NCBI RefSeq assembly: GCF_004010195.1
Contig: NC_057719.1
Location: forward strand, 93,201,946-93,265,945
From: Chiloscyllium plagiosum
Taxonomy: Eukaryota
Reading direction: 5' to 3'
DNA: 64,000 nucleotides
Positions 1 through 12,235 of the stretch are shown here, one piece after another. Under the pieces are notes generated by a model, which saw only the letters and a program-made list of their open reading frames with translations, was not told the DNA's origin and searched no databases. The translations under genes were made by a program, and so were the position numbers. Position 1 is the first letter of the stretch; every line of letters begins with the position of its first letter.

Positions 1-500
1 GATATCCGTCCAGCAAAAGGGAGCTATGCAGACCGCAGCAGAAAGTAGATCTATAAACCTGGACTAAATATCGCTCTTGCAGCGGGAGCTATGCAAACCA
101 CAGCAGTGCATTTAAACATTAACGCTCCCTAGATATCTGTCAAGCACTGGGAGCTATGCAGATCACAGCAGTACATTGATCAATAAACCCTGACTACATA
201 GCACTCCAGCTCCGGGAGCCATGAAGATTACAGCGGCACATTGATCTGTAAATCCGAACTAGATATCTGTTGAGCACCGGGAGCTATGCAAAGCACAACA
301 GGCAATAACCTGTAATCCGGAAACAAACATCCATCCAGTATGAGAAGCTGCACAGACCACTTCGTTGCCTTTTCTATGCAATCTTACTAGACTGTCTGAC
401 AAGCACAGGGAGCTGTGCAGCGAACATCAATGAATTGATCTGAAAACCTGGAACTTTGATCTTCCCAACATGTAGAGTTGTGTACACCACCCAGTACATT
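1..500. repeat. 65-bp tandem repeat (minisatellite) with 130-bp dimeric structure, decaying to the right
   Basis: GGGAGCTATGCA-type motif recurs at 19, 84, 149, 214, 279, ~344, ~408; alternate units share AGATATCTGT(C/T)(A/G)AGCAC (131, 261). Confidence 0.85.
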
Positions 501-599
501 GTTCAGTTGCTCTGTGTTAGGGGAAACTTGCAGCCCATGCTGAAAGTGACAGGATGTGTTGCTCCTACTGATTTACCATATCTCGAGTGAGGGGTCAAT

Positions 600-1260
600 A
601 TACAGAGAGGGGAGATGGTGAGATAATGTTATGGAAGGTCGTTTTCACAGGTTTCAGAATGCTGAAACGAAGACATTTCAATAGCATCCTGCAACATGTG
701 CCAGTATTTCGAGTAATTATGTGTGAACTGGATATTGGTGTGAGATGAGATGGTGGAAAGTTTTGGATGAACATTTGCTCTGCAGCTGTCTAACTGGGAT
801 GGGGATCAGCAGAGTCTTCGAGTCATGACGCTGAATCTAACAATAATCTGTCTCCGAATCATTTTCATTGTGTTTGACAGATGAATTGTTTGACTGAGAC
901 CGAACTCGTGTTCTGATGGAATCTTATCGAAGTCACCTCATGGACTACCCATATGACCCCATGGTGCTCTTCTCATTCAACGCCAGTGCGATTTACCCAC
1001 CCATCATGACTGGTACACACCATCGCCCGGATTCCCCGGATATTCCAAGATTCCTGGCACTGGAGCTATTTTTAAAAGTTCAAAGGGCACACCGTTGAGC
1101 TTTCTCAGTTCCGAGCTGGCCTGCACAGTTTATCCTGATCATGGGAGATAAGGGGCAATTACACTACGTATTGTCGACAGGGGCACGGAGATCCTGATGG
1201 ATGGGCTAGTACAGAGGCATAGCATTCTCTTTCCAGAGGGGGCCAGACCACCAGACAAAA
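600..1260. other. Segmental-duplication block X, copy 1 (unidentified non-TE sequence)
   Basis: Aligns by eye to ~27300-27960 (ACCGTTGAGCTTTCTCAGTT vs ACAGTTGACCTTTCTCAGTT; GATGGATGGG shared) and to 47430-47535. Confidence 0.7.
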
Positions 1261-1264
1261 GAAT

Positions 1265-2482
1265 AACTAGGGAGAGGACAGGGCACCTCAAAGATAAGCA
1301 AGGCGATCTTTGTGGGAGAAGCAGAAAATGGGGGAGATACTAAACGAGTATTTTTCAACAGTATTTACTGTGGAAAAGTACTCAGAAGATTTAGAATGTA
1401 GGGAAATATATGGTGACATTTTGAAAAATGTCCATATTACAGAGGAGGAAGTGCTGGATGTTTCGAATCGTAAAAGTGGATAGATCCCCTGGACCTGTTC
1501 GGGTGTACGCTAGAACCTTTTTAGGAAGTTAGAGAAGTGATTGCTAGGTATCTTACTAAGATATTTGTATCATCAATAGTCATAGGTGAGGTGCCAGAAG
1601 ACTGGAGGTAGGGAAACATGTTGCCACCTTTTAAGAAACGTGGGCCTGACGTTAGTAGTGGGAAAGATGTTGAAAGGAATCCTGAGGGGCAGGATGTACA
1701 TGTACTTGGAAAGGCATCGAATGATTAGGGATAGTCAACATGGCTCTGTGCGTGGGAAAACATGTCTCACAAACTTGATTGAGTTTTTTAAGCAAGTAAC
1801 AAAGAGGATTGATGAGTGCAGAGTGGTGGACGTGATCTATGTGGACTTCGGTAAGCCATTCGATAAAGGTTCTACATGGGAGATTGGTAGCAAGGTTAGA
1901 TCTCATGGAATACAGGGAGAACTAGCCATTTGGATACAGAACGTGCTCAAAGGTAGAAGACAGAGGATGGTGGTGGAGGGTTGTTGTTCAGGCTGGAAAC
2001 CTGTGACCAATGGAGTGCACAAGGATCAGTGCTGGGTCCACTACTTTTAATCAATTATATAAATGATTTGGATGCGAGCATAAGAGGTATAGTTAGTAAG
2101 TTTGCAGATGACACCAAAATTGGAGGTGTAGTGTACAGTGAAAAATGTTATCTCAGATTACAACGGGATCTTAAGCAGGTCGGTCAATGGGTTGAGAAGT
2201 GGCATATGGAATTAAGTGCCGATATGGGTGAGGTGCTGCATTTTGAAAAAGCAAATCTTAGCAGGACTTACGCACGTAATGGTAAGGTACTCAGCAGTGT
2301 TGTTGAACAAACATACCTTAGAGTGAAGGTTTATAGCACCTTGAAACTAGCGTCGCAAGTAGTTAGCATAGTGAAGGTGGCAATTGGTATGCTTTCCTTT
2401 ATTGGTCAGAGCATTGAGTATAGGAGTTGGGATAATCATCTTGCGGCTCTACAGGACGTTAGCTGGGCCACTTTTGGAATAC
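1265..2482 (+). mobile_element. CR1-clade LINE ORF2 (RT) fragment, frameshifted
   Basis: [53 protein letters not shown]. Confidence 0.92.
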
Positions 2483-2619
2483 TGTGTGTGTGTGTGTGTG
2501 TGTGTGTTGTTACAGGGGGAGAAGAAGATCACATTCAGCCACTCATGATCGCGACAATGAGACAGGAGGAGGCCATTCTGTCAATCCAAGTAGTTGCACA
2601 GGAATAGAATTAAGTATTC

Positions 2620-2970
2620 AGTCATAGTCATAGAAATATGCAGTACAGGACCAGATCCTTCGATCCACCTCATCCATGACATCCAAAATCCTACATATAC
2701 CCCTTGAAACCCTTCCTTCCCATATACTTATCCAGATGCGTTTTAACTACTGTAATTGTGTCAACTTCCACACTTCCTCTGGCAGATCTTTCCATACACG
2801 CACCACCCTCTGTGTGAATACGTTGCCCGTTCGGTCCCTTTTAAATCTTTCCGCTCTCACATTAAAATAATGCATTCTTGATTTGGACTCCCAAACTCTG
2901 TGAAAATGTCCTTGTCTGTTTACCCTAATAATGCTGCTCATGATTTTATAAACCTCTCTAAGGTCACCCC
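2620..2970 (-). mobile_element. CR1-clade LINE 3' end
   Basis: FTQRVVRVWKDLPEEV followed by a CTATGACT-type tail. Confidence 0.85.
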
Positions 2971-3439
2971 GTCCAAGACAATTGTTTATTTACATGTGTG
3001 CTGACTACAGCAATTTTTCCACACTGCACCATCAACCAAAAATGAAATTAATGACGTGGAATATCTATATTGGTAATGTTGTTAAAGTGAGATGTGTTAA
3101 TTGGGCTAATAAGAAATGTCCCCTCCCCCTCAATACACTTCTGGAGAAATTGAGCATCTGATTGAGAGGGCAGACAAGATTCATTACTCCATCTGAAAGG
3201 TAGAATTTTTGACCGTGTCGTGTTCTACTCAAATGTTAGTCTATATTTTGGACTCGTCTTTTAAGCTCTCATGCATCAGGATCATTGACAGTACGACCTG
3301 CACCTCTGACAACAGATGACCCTAATGGAGTTTTGCTGACCTCAGAAACACCTCGACAACCAGTAATATTGCACTAGACGAGGCTTTTCAACCTTTCTAG
3401 GCCGCTACACATGAACAGGTGAGACCTGGTCAACTACCA

Positions 3440-4140
3440 GGAAATACAGAGTAGAGATAGTTACTTATTTTCATGTTGGAAAGCTGTAACCATTGGAATT
3501 CCTCAGGGATCAATGCAAAGTCGTGAACAGTTTACAATCTAGATTAATGAAATCGATGAAGGGGCTGATTGGATTGGAGCTTAGTTTTCTCATACACCAG
3601 GATAGTCATTCAATAGGATGGCAAGAGGAGGCAGAGAGTCTACAATGGGATATCGCACCCAAAAAAATACAAATCTGAGTGATGAGAAGTTTGTGTTTTG
3701 GGGAAAAAGATGAAACAAGAGTAAACAAACATAACTCGGTGGTACACAGGGATGTATATGGCCTGGTGCTTGACTCAGATCAAGTTACTCTGAAAATGCA
3801 GCAAAGAATTTGGAAGATTAATGGAATGATGCTTTGTTTGATGGGTTATCAGGTATGATTTTAAGGATGTTTTACTGCATCTTTGATGTACTGTGTCTAC
3901 TTATAATTCCCTAAAATTAAAAGTAATACACAATTGCTTTCTAAACTTTTCAGAGATGCTTCTTTTTCATGTTCATGGGAAGAAGACATGATGTTATGAA
4001 GGAGCAACAGCTTAGATCAAAGAATGAGAGATGTTCTTGTTAATCATGTAAGATCTTGAGGAGCGTGCAGCTGGTGAACACCTGATGCATATTCCAACTT
4101 GTATGGGAGAATAAAAGTGGAGTATTAATGCATTCATTTT
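3440..4140 (+). mobile_element. Old, highly degenerate CR1-like RT fragment
   Basis: TGGAAAGCTGTAACCATTGGAATTCCTCAGGGATCA (W.V.GIPQGS motif); the rest is decayed. Confidence 0.55.
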
Positions 4141-4249
4141 AATAAAGATTCTGATGAAGATAGTAAGCAGTTTATTTTAAAATGACACGGGAAAATATAA
4201 ATTTATCTTCAAATCAAGTGGTGACGTGTGTTACAAAGGAAATGGATCT

Positions 4250-7200
4250 GAGTATGCCAGCAGTAACGATGCACCTGCGTGGAACAGGGAATATGATAGA
4301 GTACAGTACCGACAATGTAGAAGGAGACCTCACAAGGACCAGTTTATGGTCTGATTATCTTATCGTGTGAGTCAACTCAAAGAGAGTGAAAATCTAACCA
4401 TCCTGAGAAAGGACGTGCTATTGCTCACTCTCACTTTCCTTATTTCTCATCATAACAATGTGTGCGAGCTATAACCAAACACAGTCAGCTTTACCACTCA
4501 TGGAGTACTCCTGATGGGGTTTCATTGGAATCTTCCCACTGCCTGCAGCAAAGGGAATTCAGCCAAATCGAACTGCTGCAGGATTGGATCCCATTGCCAG
4601 CAGCTTGTCTGAGCAGAATAACTTCAGCAGCTGAATAATATTTGGAACAATATCTCATTTTTTTCCCTTTTGTCACTAATTCAACTGATATTTGGATAGA
4701 GTTCTTTCAAATTTACACTCTTATCCTCTACAGATTTTTGTCTTCAAATACGTTCACATGTGTGGTTTGTGTTGTGTGTGTGTGCGCGCGTGCATGTGTG
4801 TGTGTGTATGTGCCAATATTTTTAGAAAGGGAAATATTGATATCTATATATGCTCTCTCCAAACATCCATCATAGTTTGAATATCTTCGTTTTGATCATA
4901 AACTTGTTATTTTACTTGTTCCGAACACTGATCCTGACCCAGTCTGAGACCTCTATGTTTAATAAGCTCACCAACCTGGTCACATTTAAGATTTTCTGTG
5001 ACAAATGGAGGAGAGGGACGAGAACAGGAAACAATAGCTCGAAAATCCAGGGACCTATAAACCAGTGAGCCGATGCTAGTGTAGGATATATTTTGAAGGG
5101 TTTTCTGAGGAATAGGATTTGCATGGATTTGGAAAAGCAAGAACTGATCAGAGATTGTCAACATCGCTTAGTGCATGGGAAACCGTGTCTCACTAACTTG
5201 AGTTTTTTTGAAGAGCTGTCAAAGAAGATTGATGACAACAGTGTGGTAGACATTTTCTACATAAACTTCAGCTAAGTGCTCAACAACGTTCTGCATGGTA
5301 CACAAATCAGTACATTTCGGTCATTTAGGTTCCAGTGAAGCTAACCAATTGAATACCAAATTGGTTTGACGGCAGAGGACAGAGGGTGGTGGTGAGAGGT
5401 TGCTTTTCAGACAAAAGGCTTGTGACCAGTGGTGGGCCACATGATTAGTGCTGGGTCCACTCTTTCTCATCATTTATATAAATGATTTGGTGTGAACATA
5501 GGACCTATAGTTAGTAAGTTTGCAGATGACGTCCCAATAGGAGGTGTGGTGCACAGTGATGAAGACTACCTCATAATACACCGGGATGTTGATCAGATGG
5601 ACAATGGGCCAAGGAGTGGTAGATGGAGTTCAATTTGGTTAAATGTGAGGTGTTGCATTTTGGTGAGGAAAATCAGGTCCGGATTTATACAATTAATCTT
5701 AGTGCCCTTGAGAGTGTTGTCGAACAGAGACCCAGAGGTGCAGATACGTAGTTCCGTGAAAGTGGAGTCACAGGTAGACAAGATAAGGAACAAGACGTTT
5801 GGCATACTTGCTTTCATCGGTCACAACATTCACTGTAGAAGTTGGGATGTCATGTTGCACCTTTACAGGAAATTGTGAGGGTGCTAGAGAATAGTGCATA
5901 CAAATTGATTCACTATGCCAAAGGAAGGATATTGTTAAACTTGAGAGGATGAAGAAAATGTTGACAAGATGTTGCAGGTTTGGAAGTTTTGAGCTATAGG
6001 GAGAGGCTGAATAGAGTGGGGCTTCTTTCCTTAGAGTATCGGAGGCTGAATAGTACAGATTTACTAAATCATGAGGTTAAGAATGGGGTGAATAACCAAA
6101 GTTTTTTTCCTAGGATAGAGGAGTCTAAAACTAGAGGATAGAGGCTTAAGGTGACGCGGAGTGGTTTTGAAGCGACTTCAGGGGCAAACTGTTCGCACAG
6201 AGGGTGGTGCGTGTACAGAATGAACTGCAAGAGGAAGTTGTGGAGTCTGATATAAATCTGTATTTAAACGAATGTTCGTATTAATCGGAAGGATTTGAAG
6301 GGATGGGGTAAAATGCTGGCAAAGGGGACAACATCAGGTTGGGATGTCTCATCAGCTTGGAGGGGTTGGACTAAAGGATCTGTTTCCATGTTGCATGATC
6401 ATTTGACTCGATAACAGGGATAAGGAGAAATTTTAAAAGGACCTTTGGAATGGGAATTCTCTTCTGTACAAATTTACGGTGCCTCTCTGTTTACATTGAT
6501 TTAAAGCTGAATTAGTTAAATCTTTGACAGTGAAGTCAGTCATGGATGTGGGATACAGACAGGAATTTGGGACAGACCACAAATTGATCAACCACAATCT
6601 TAGTGCCTGGTGAAGAAGGCTCAAGTTCTCTAATGACCCACTCCTGCTCCTCAGTCCCATGTTTCTGTGTTCGATTCAGCCGCTCAAACCTGCAAGACAG
6701 GTGCAGTTTGAGGCCGATTACTGTCATAACTTGGTGCACAGAAACAGAGATTATTCAGCCACTTAAGACTATCGCACATAGTTAGTGGTGATTTGGAAAA
6801 TGTAATTGGAAAACCCAGGTTGAGTGTGAATGAGGCCCCTTATCCCTCTTTACAGAGCTTCCCCTCTCTGCAACTTGTACTTCATTTGTTTGTCATGTTG
6901 TAGTCCCAGATTCACTGTGAATACAGCCCACATAGCTCATCCAGAGATGACTCAAGAAATTCTCTGGTCTCTCTGACTGCAACATTCAACAACAGACCTT
7001 CCAGGTAAATAACACCCACTAACTTTCAATAAAAGAATGTGAGAATATCAGATACAAGACAGACCGTTCAGTCCGCCACTCCCCAAACCCTTCCCCACCC
7101 CAAGCCTACCTTGCCCTTCATTAAGATCATGTCTGATCTGTTTTTGGTCCCAAATCCTCTTTAATGCCCAATTGTTCATCACGCTCACCTCTCTGACAGG

Positions 7201-7250
7201 TCAATTCTATTAAACATTTTTGAAAATATTTTCAGTGATCTAGCTCCTAG
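4250..7250. other. Segmental-duplication block Y, copy 1
   Basis: Colinear with 16500-16890 + 20235-20610 + 21700-23885; partial copies at 29950-30960, 43470-43660, 46800-46920. Confidence 0.8.
5015..6410 (+). mobile_element. CR1-clade LINE 3' portion (predates the block Y duplication)
   Basis: KPCLTNL, SKFADD, tail GGATCTGTTTCCATGTTG; same insertion at the paralogous position 21700-23090. Confidence 0.88.
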
Positions 7251-7339
7251 ACTCTGTGGAATACAGAATCCCTGACAATCACTAACCTCCTTTTGAGGCA
7301 AACACTCTCTTCTCCGAAACCATGACCTTCTGATATAAA

Positions 7340-7750
7340 GAAACGAAGTGAGCACAACGGCTCAGGTGACAGTCACTGATATCAAGGCAGTATTTAGCTG
7401 AGGATAGCATCATGGAACATGAGCAAATATGTCCTTAATGGGAATCAGTGTAATCTGCCCTCTGTTGCGACAGATTTGAAGCACAGAGGAAGATGCTTGT
7501 GGTCTGTGGGCGGGATATCTCTCCAGGAGATCATAAGGGTAGCTTCCTCGGTACAATCTTCTTCAGCTGCTTCATCAATGTCTTTCCCCATCATAAGATC
7601 CGAATTGGGGATGGCCACTGAAGATTACACAATATTCAGAACAATGTGTCACCCTTCAGTTCCTCACCCAATCTCTGTGTCCATGTGCAGCAAAACCTGG
7701 ACGCAGTCAAGCTTGTGCTGTTAAAGTGTCAATAACATTCATATAACAGT
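7340..7750 (+). mobile_element. Degenerate non-LTR RT fragment (second CR1/L2-like family)
   Basis: GATATCAAGGCAGTATTT (LDIKAAFD-like), GCTTCATCAATG, GCCACTGAAGATTACACAAT (ADD-like motif). Confidence 0.55.
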
Positions 7751-7884
7751 ACTGCTGAACGCTGCACATTCCCTCAGTGAAAGCAGGTATATGAAGAAGC
7801 CATTCAGCCCACCAATACTGCATAGGAAGAGGGATAGACCATTCGGTCACTCCAGCTATTCACACAAGAAGAGTGCGAATACAG

Positions 7885-8507
7885 TGTTATAGACCAGACC
7901 AGAGTCCTTCAAAATATTTCAATGCAGTAGCCCAAATCCAACCATTTTCTTATGTTGAAGAAAGATGTAATGTAACTGGTCCACGTGCAATGTAACCTGT
8001 CAAACTATTCGATGTTAACCAAAACAGTTTATTTAAACACTGTCACTGAAATACAAACAAAGAGGAATTTAGAATAACTTAACACTTGGAAAACTTAACC
8101 GAATAATACATAGAGTACCCATTACTAACCAACTGCACCAATAAAGTAAGATCCCATAAACATAATTTGGCAAAAAGGCAAATCTGGAACAGATTCTCGC
8201 ACACAGTGCTCCAGTGCAGGAGGTTAAAAAAATCCACACAAAAGTCCGAGAGAGTAGGAGCCAGGAGACATTCACAGAAGTTTCTAACTCTGTTGAGATC
8301 TCAATAATTTTTGATGTTACTGAGAAGCCAAAAACCCAGATATCCTAATCAGTGAGAGATGGTAACACTCATTTAGGCCCCAGTAAAATAAACTAAAGGC
8401 CCCTAGCTCTTTACTCAACTGGTCTGGTCTGGTCTTAACTAACCAGCTCATCATCTCTTAGTAGAAACTTGGAACAAGTAATCTCTTAAAGTTACAGGTT
8501 CATCACA
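7885..8507 (-). mobile_element. Putative solo LTR
   Basis: TG...CA termini, ~620 bp, AATAAA on the minus strand; related copies at ~24800-25299 (inverted) and ~53782-54240. Confidence 0.5.
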
Positions 8508-8583
8508 TGAGTCAGCACATCGAGCTGTTAAACAGGAACCACATTAACCCAATCAGACCCTTGGCCCTATCCAATCGCAGTAG

Positions 8584-9462
8584 AAAGTGAGAACTGCAGA
8601 TGCTGGAAATCAGAGCTGAAAATGTGTTGCTGGGAAAACGCAGCAGATCAGGCAGCATTCAAGGAGCAGGAGAATCGACGTTTCGGGCATGAGCCCTTCT
8701 TCAGGAATGAGGAAAGTATGCCAAGCAGGCTAAGATAAAAGGTAGGGGGGAGGGACTTGGGGACGGCCATTGAAAATGCGATTGGTGGAAGGAGGTTAAG
8801 GTGAGGGTGATAAGGTGAGGGTGATAGGCCGGAGTGGGGGTGGAGAGGTCAGGAAGAAGGTTGCAGGTTAGGAAGGTGGTGCCAAGTTCGAGGGTTGGGA
8901 CTGAAACAAGGTGGGGGGAAGGAAAATGAGGAAACTGGAGAAATCTGAGTTCATCCCTTGTGGTTGGAGGGTTCCTAAGCCGAAGATGAGGCGCTCTTCC
9001 TCCAGCTGTTGTGTAGCTATGGTCTGGCGATGGAGGAGTACAACGACCTGCATGTCCTTGGTGGAGTGGGATGGACAGTTGAAGTTTTGAGCCACGGGGT
9101 GGTTGTGTTGGTTGGTACGCGTGCCCCAGAGGTGTTCTCTCAAACGTTCCTCAAGTAGGCGGCCTGTCTCTCCAATATAGAGGAGGCCACATCGCGTGCA
9201 GCGGATGCAGTAAATAATTTGTGTGGAGGTGCAGTTGAATTTGTGGCGGAAGGATCCCTTGGGTCCTTGGAGTTAAGTAAGGGGGGAGGTGTGGGTGCAA
9301 GTTTTGCCTTTCTTGCGGTTGCAGGGGAAGGTGCCGGGAGTGGACGGGGCTCAAGGGCGGAGGAGCTGGAAGTGGAGGAGATGCGGTGGGCAGCATCGCC
9401 GATCACGTCTGGGGGGAAATTGCGGTCTTTGAAGAAAGAGGCCATCTGGGTTGTTCGGTATT
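8584..9462 (-). mobile_element. Penelope-like element 3' part (GIY-YIG endonuclease + terminus)
   Basis: IIYCIRCTRCGLLYIGETGRLLEERLREH...PVAQNFN...LEEERLIFGLGTLQPQGMN. Confidence 0.92.
8672..8708 (-). ncRNA. Minimal hammerhead ribozyme motif in Penelope terminus
   Basis: Minus strand attcCUGAAGA-a-GGGC-ucau-GCCC-GAAA-cg-UC-gauu: both core boxes, 4-bp stem II, GUC triplet. Confidence 0.75.
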
Positions 9463-10929
9463 GAATTGTTTTGTTTCAAGTCTCAAGAAGGTACCTTGCA
9501 TCTCCAAGAAGATAGCGTGGTGTTCTCTCTGGTGCGCAGAAGCTGATGGGAATGGCTACCTGTTTCAGAAAGAAGGTATTATGGATGTTGTTGAACAACA
9601 TGACATTTGGTGCAGAGTCACACACCGACTGTGCATTAATGTGGAGAGGGTTCATTGAGACATACACAGTATTAGGAATACTTTCTTAGACTTTGAATGG
9701 ACTGTAACCCTAAATAATGTTGATCTTGTTAATGCTGATCTTGTCTAGTGTACTTTCTGTATGGCTTACTCTTTCCATTTTTTTTTCTCATGCTATGATC
9801 TGTTCGTCGTTGCATCCTATAATCTGCCTGTACCGTTCCCAAAAATGTTTTACACTGTACTTAGGCACACATTACAATAAATAATTTCAATCAATTATAT
9901 CTCACGCTATCAATATCTCTTTTGGAAATAAGTGATAGTTGCCAACCCTCAAGTTTCAACACAATCATCTCTCCTTGTCTCATAATACTGAAGGTTAAAT
10001 ACTCAGTTCCATCACTGTCCCCTCATAATACCATTATCTCATTCATTAGATTGGCGATATTTGTTTTGACTGTGTCTGTGTTAAGGAGATCATGCCGTAC
10101 AAAGGAGATAAAACCGGTACATAATGCACCAAATGTTCTCTCATCATGGCTTTACAATTGCAGGAAGATGTGTACTTGAATCGCCTTACAATGAAAGGAA
10201 ACGTACCTAAACGTACCTGACTGTAATTACTTATACCCCTGGATGTGCTGTTTTCGGTAACGCATAATCAAGGATATTTAGGTCCTTTTGGACAACAACA
10301 TTTTCCAATCTCGCACCATTTAATCAATACAAAATGAGATGTATCCTGTTGATTTCTCACATTCACCTTTTTTATGGCTTGAAAATTGCTGTGGTCCAAA
10401 GACTGACACATGATTCAGTGAAGGAAAATGCACTGCGTTCTGTATTGTCACCAATTAACAATCCTCAATCCATGAAGTATATCAACCAGATCACCCCAAA
10501 CCTACGCGGCACTTACCAATGGACTCGAACTTCCTTCATTCACCTGTCAGCAACCATGTCAACACTATTCTACGAATGCAGACACACCACTTGCACTGGT
10601 TCTCATTTGTAAGTGCCTCAACTAACACAAACTACACAGGTTTCTCCATTTTCAGTGATTTCTGCTTGCCGTTTTCTAAGTCTAAGCTGACTCGGCCAAG
10701 TCATATCATGGTTCCCCATGTGTCTAGTTATAAAATTTCTCATAAAAGGTTCTCATTTTTTCCTGAGACCAGACATCAGGTTGCCTCTTGTTTTGTTTTC
10801 CCTCCACTCTGGTTTCAAATATTTCATGCTACGACAGCTTCTTTCCAGTCTGCAGGAATCGGAATTTCCAGAGTCGAAAGCATTCTGAAGGCTAGTCAAT
10901 AATTGTTTCTTGTAGGTACAACGTTTGAA

Positions 10930-11330
10930 GGATATTTGCATACGTACGTGTATAGGAAATGTTTGCAGACATATGGATCAAGCACGGGCAGGTGTGACTA
11001 AGTTATTTTGGAATTGGAATGGTCAGCATGGACTGATTGGACAGTAGTGTCTTTTCCTGTCCGGCCTGACTCTATACGTCCTTCACTAGCTGTATTGCCA
11101 CTTCCGTGAAAACTCTGGAGTGGAGCTCATTTGGTGCAGCAACTTTCTAACCTTCAATTTAATTAGGTGTATGAGGAATTTCTCTTTATTAATTCTAATC
11201 TTGCGCAGTTTCTTATTTTCTCCAGGCAGTGTGTCCCGCAGTATTCCTGGAAGATTTTCTGTCCTTTCCACTGTGGAGGCAGAACTAATGTATTCCCCAC
11301 AGCGGGGGGCAGAGATAGCCTCCTTCACGA
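10930..11330. mobile_element. Two small CR1 fragments (3' tail on +, ORF2 fragment on -)
   Basis: ATATGGATCAAGCACGGGCAGGTGTGACTAAG tail; minus strand KLKVRK..PNELH..VFTEVA-like motif. Confidence 0.55.
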
Positions 11331-11697
11331 AGTGAATGCATCAGAGCATTGCACTTGGGAGTTGATGGACATGACACCCACTCCTGCTCGGGAAGTTCCT
11401 GGATCAAAACAGTACAATGAAATTGCCAGTCTAAGGCCACTGAGAGCTGGGGAGCTTGTGAAGGTGGGAGTGGATAGGTTTGGTGTTAGGGAGAATATTG
11501 AGATATAAATCAGGACAAAATTGGGTTCATAACGAGATGTTTGTAAGACAAAGCTTTGAAATTCATGGCGATAGGCATGGAGTTTCTGACTGAAAGTGAA
11601 GACAATAGTTTGCATTTTTGCCAGATAAAGAGAACAAAAATCATGATGGCTTTCACAGTGGTTTACATCATTAATAAATGGGCAGAGATACACTCAC

Positions 11698-11998
11698 CAG
11701 GAACACCAACAATAGCAAGGGTCGGATGGTAACCTGCCTGAATAATCATCAGTAGACATGCTATCCGCCATGTCAACGATATCCAATCCTCAGAAAGCCT
11801 GTAAAGATCATACGATAAACTCCTTCCAATTGTTATAACATTTCAGTCTAATGTTCTTAGATCTTCATTCATTGTTAGAACATTCCAGTCAATTGTTCTC
11901 ACATCATGATCCATTGCTGGAACATTCCAGTCTAACGTTATCAGATTCTAATCCATTGAAGGCATATTCCAGTCTGATGTTCTCAGATCCTGATCCAT
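11698..11998 (-). pseudogene. GPR139-like GPCR first exon, copy A, with two in-frame stops
   Basis: MDQDLRTSDWNMPS MD*NLITLDWNVPA MDHDVRTIDWNVLT MNEDLRTLD*NVIT IGRSLSY...GYHPTLAIVGVP-G|GTGAGT; stops at 11948-11950 and 11843-11845; paralogous to 45172-45403. Confidence 0.75.
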
Positions 11999-12119
11999 TG
12001 TTGCAACGTTCCTGTCTAATGTTCCCAGATTCTGATTTCTCCCTCTGTCTGAAGCTGCTGATCCCTATCGTGTTGAGGAAGATGCTTCTGCTGATATTAT
12101 GGGAGACACATTGAAAGAA

Positions 12120-12235
12120 GCCCCTTATTAATAGAAGAGGGAAACCATCCAGTGATACAATTGGAATTGTGTAGAATGATATCAATGACAGTCCCTAAAC
12201 AAACAGCTCCAGTAAACCCCTTTCACTCCAACACT
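12120..12235 (-). promoter_or_regulatory. Conserved upstream region of GPCR exon (TATA-like TCTATTAAT; ACAGTC..AACAAACAG element)
   Basis: ACAGTC..AACAAACAG element conserved at 24401-24443 and 45585-45627; TCTATTAAT shared with ~45527-45535, at similar distance from the exon. Confidence 0.45.

Noticed and set aside
1150..1210. GNYTTYCRQ..DGW as a USP His-box or fibrinogen-domain motif
   Set aside because: Too short, flanked by stops, and not conserved in the paralog (GNCTMNSRQ)
11904..12185. 93-aa minus-strand ORF (and 87-aa plus-strand ORF 11851-12114) with 14-aa periodicity
   Set aside because: Alternative frames of the same 42-bp repeat; only the MDQ..WN frame is continuous with TM1 and the donor
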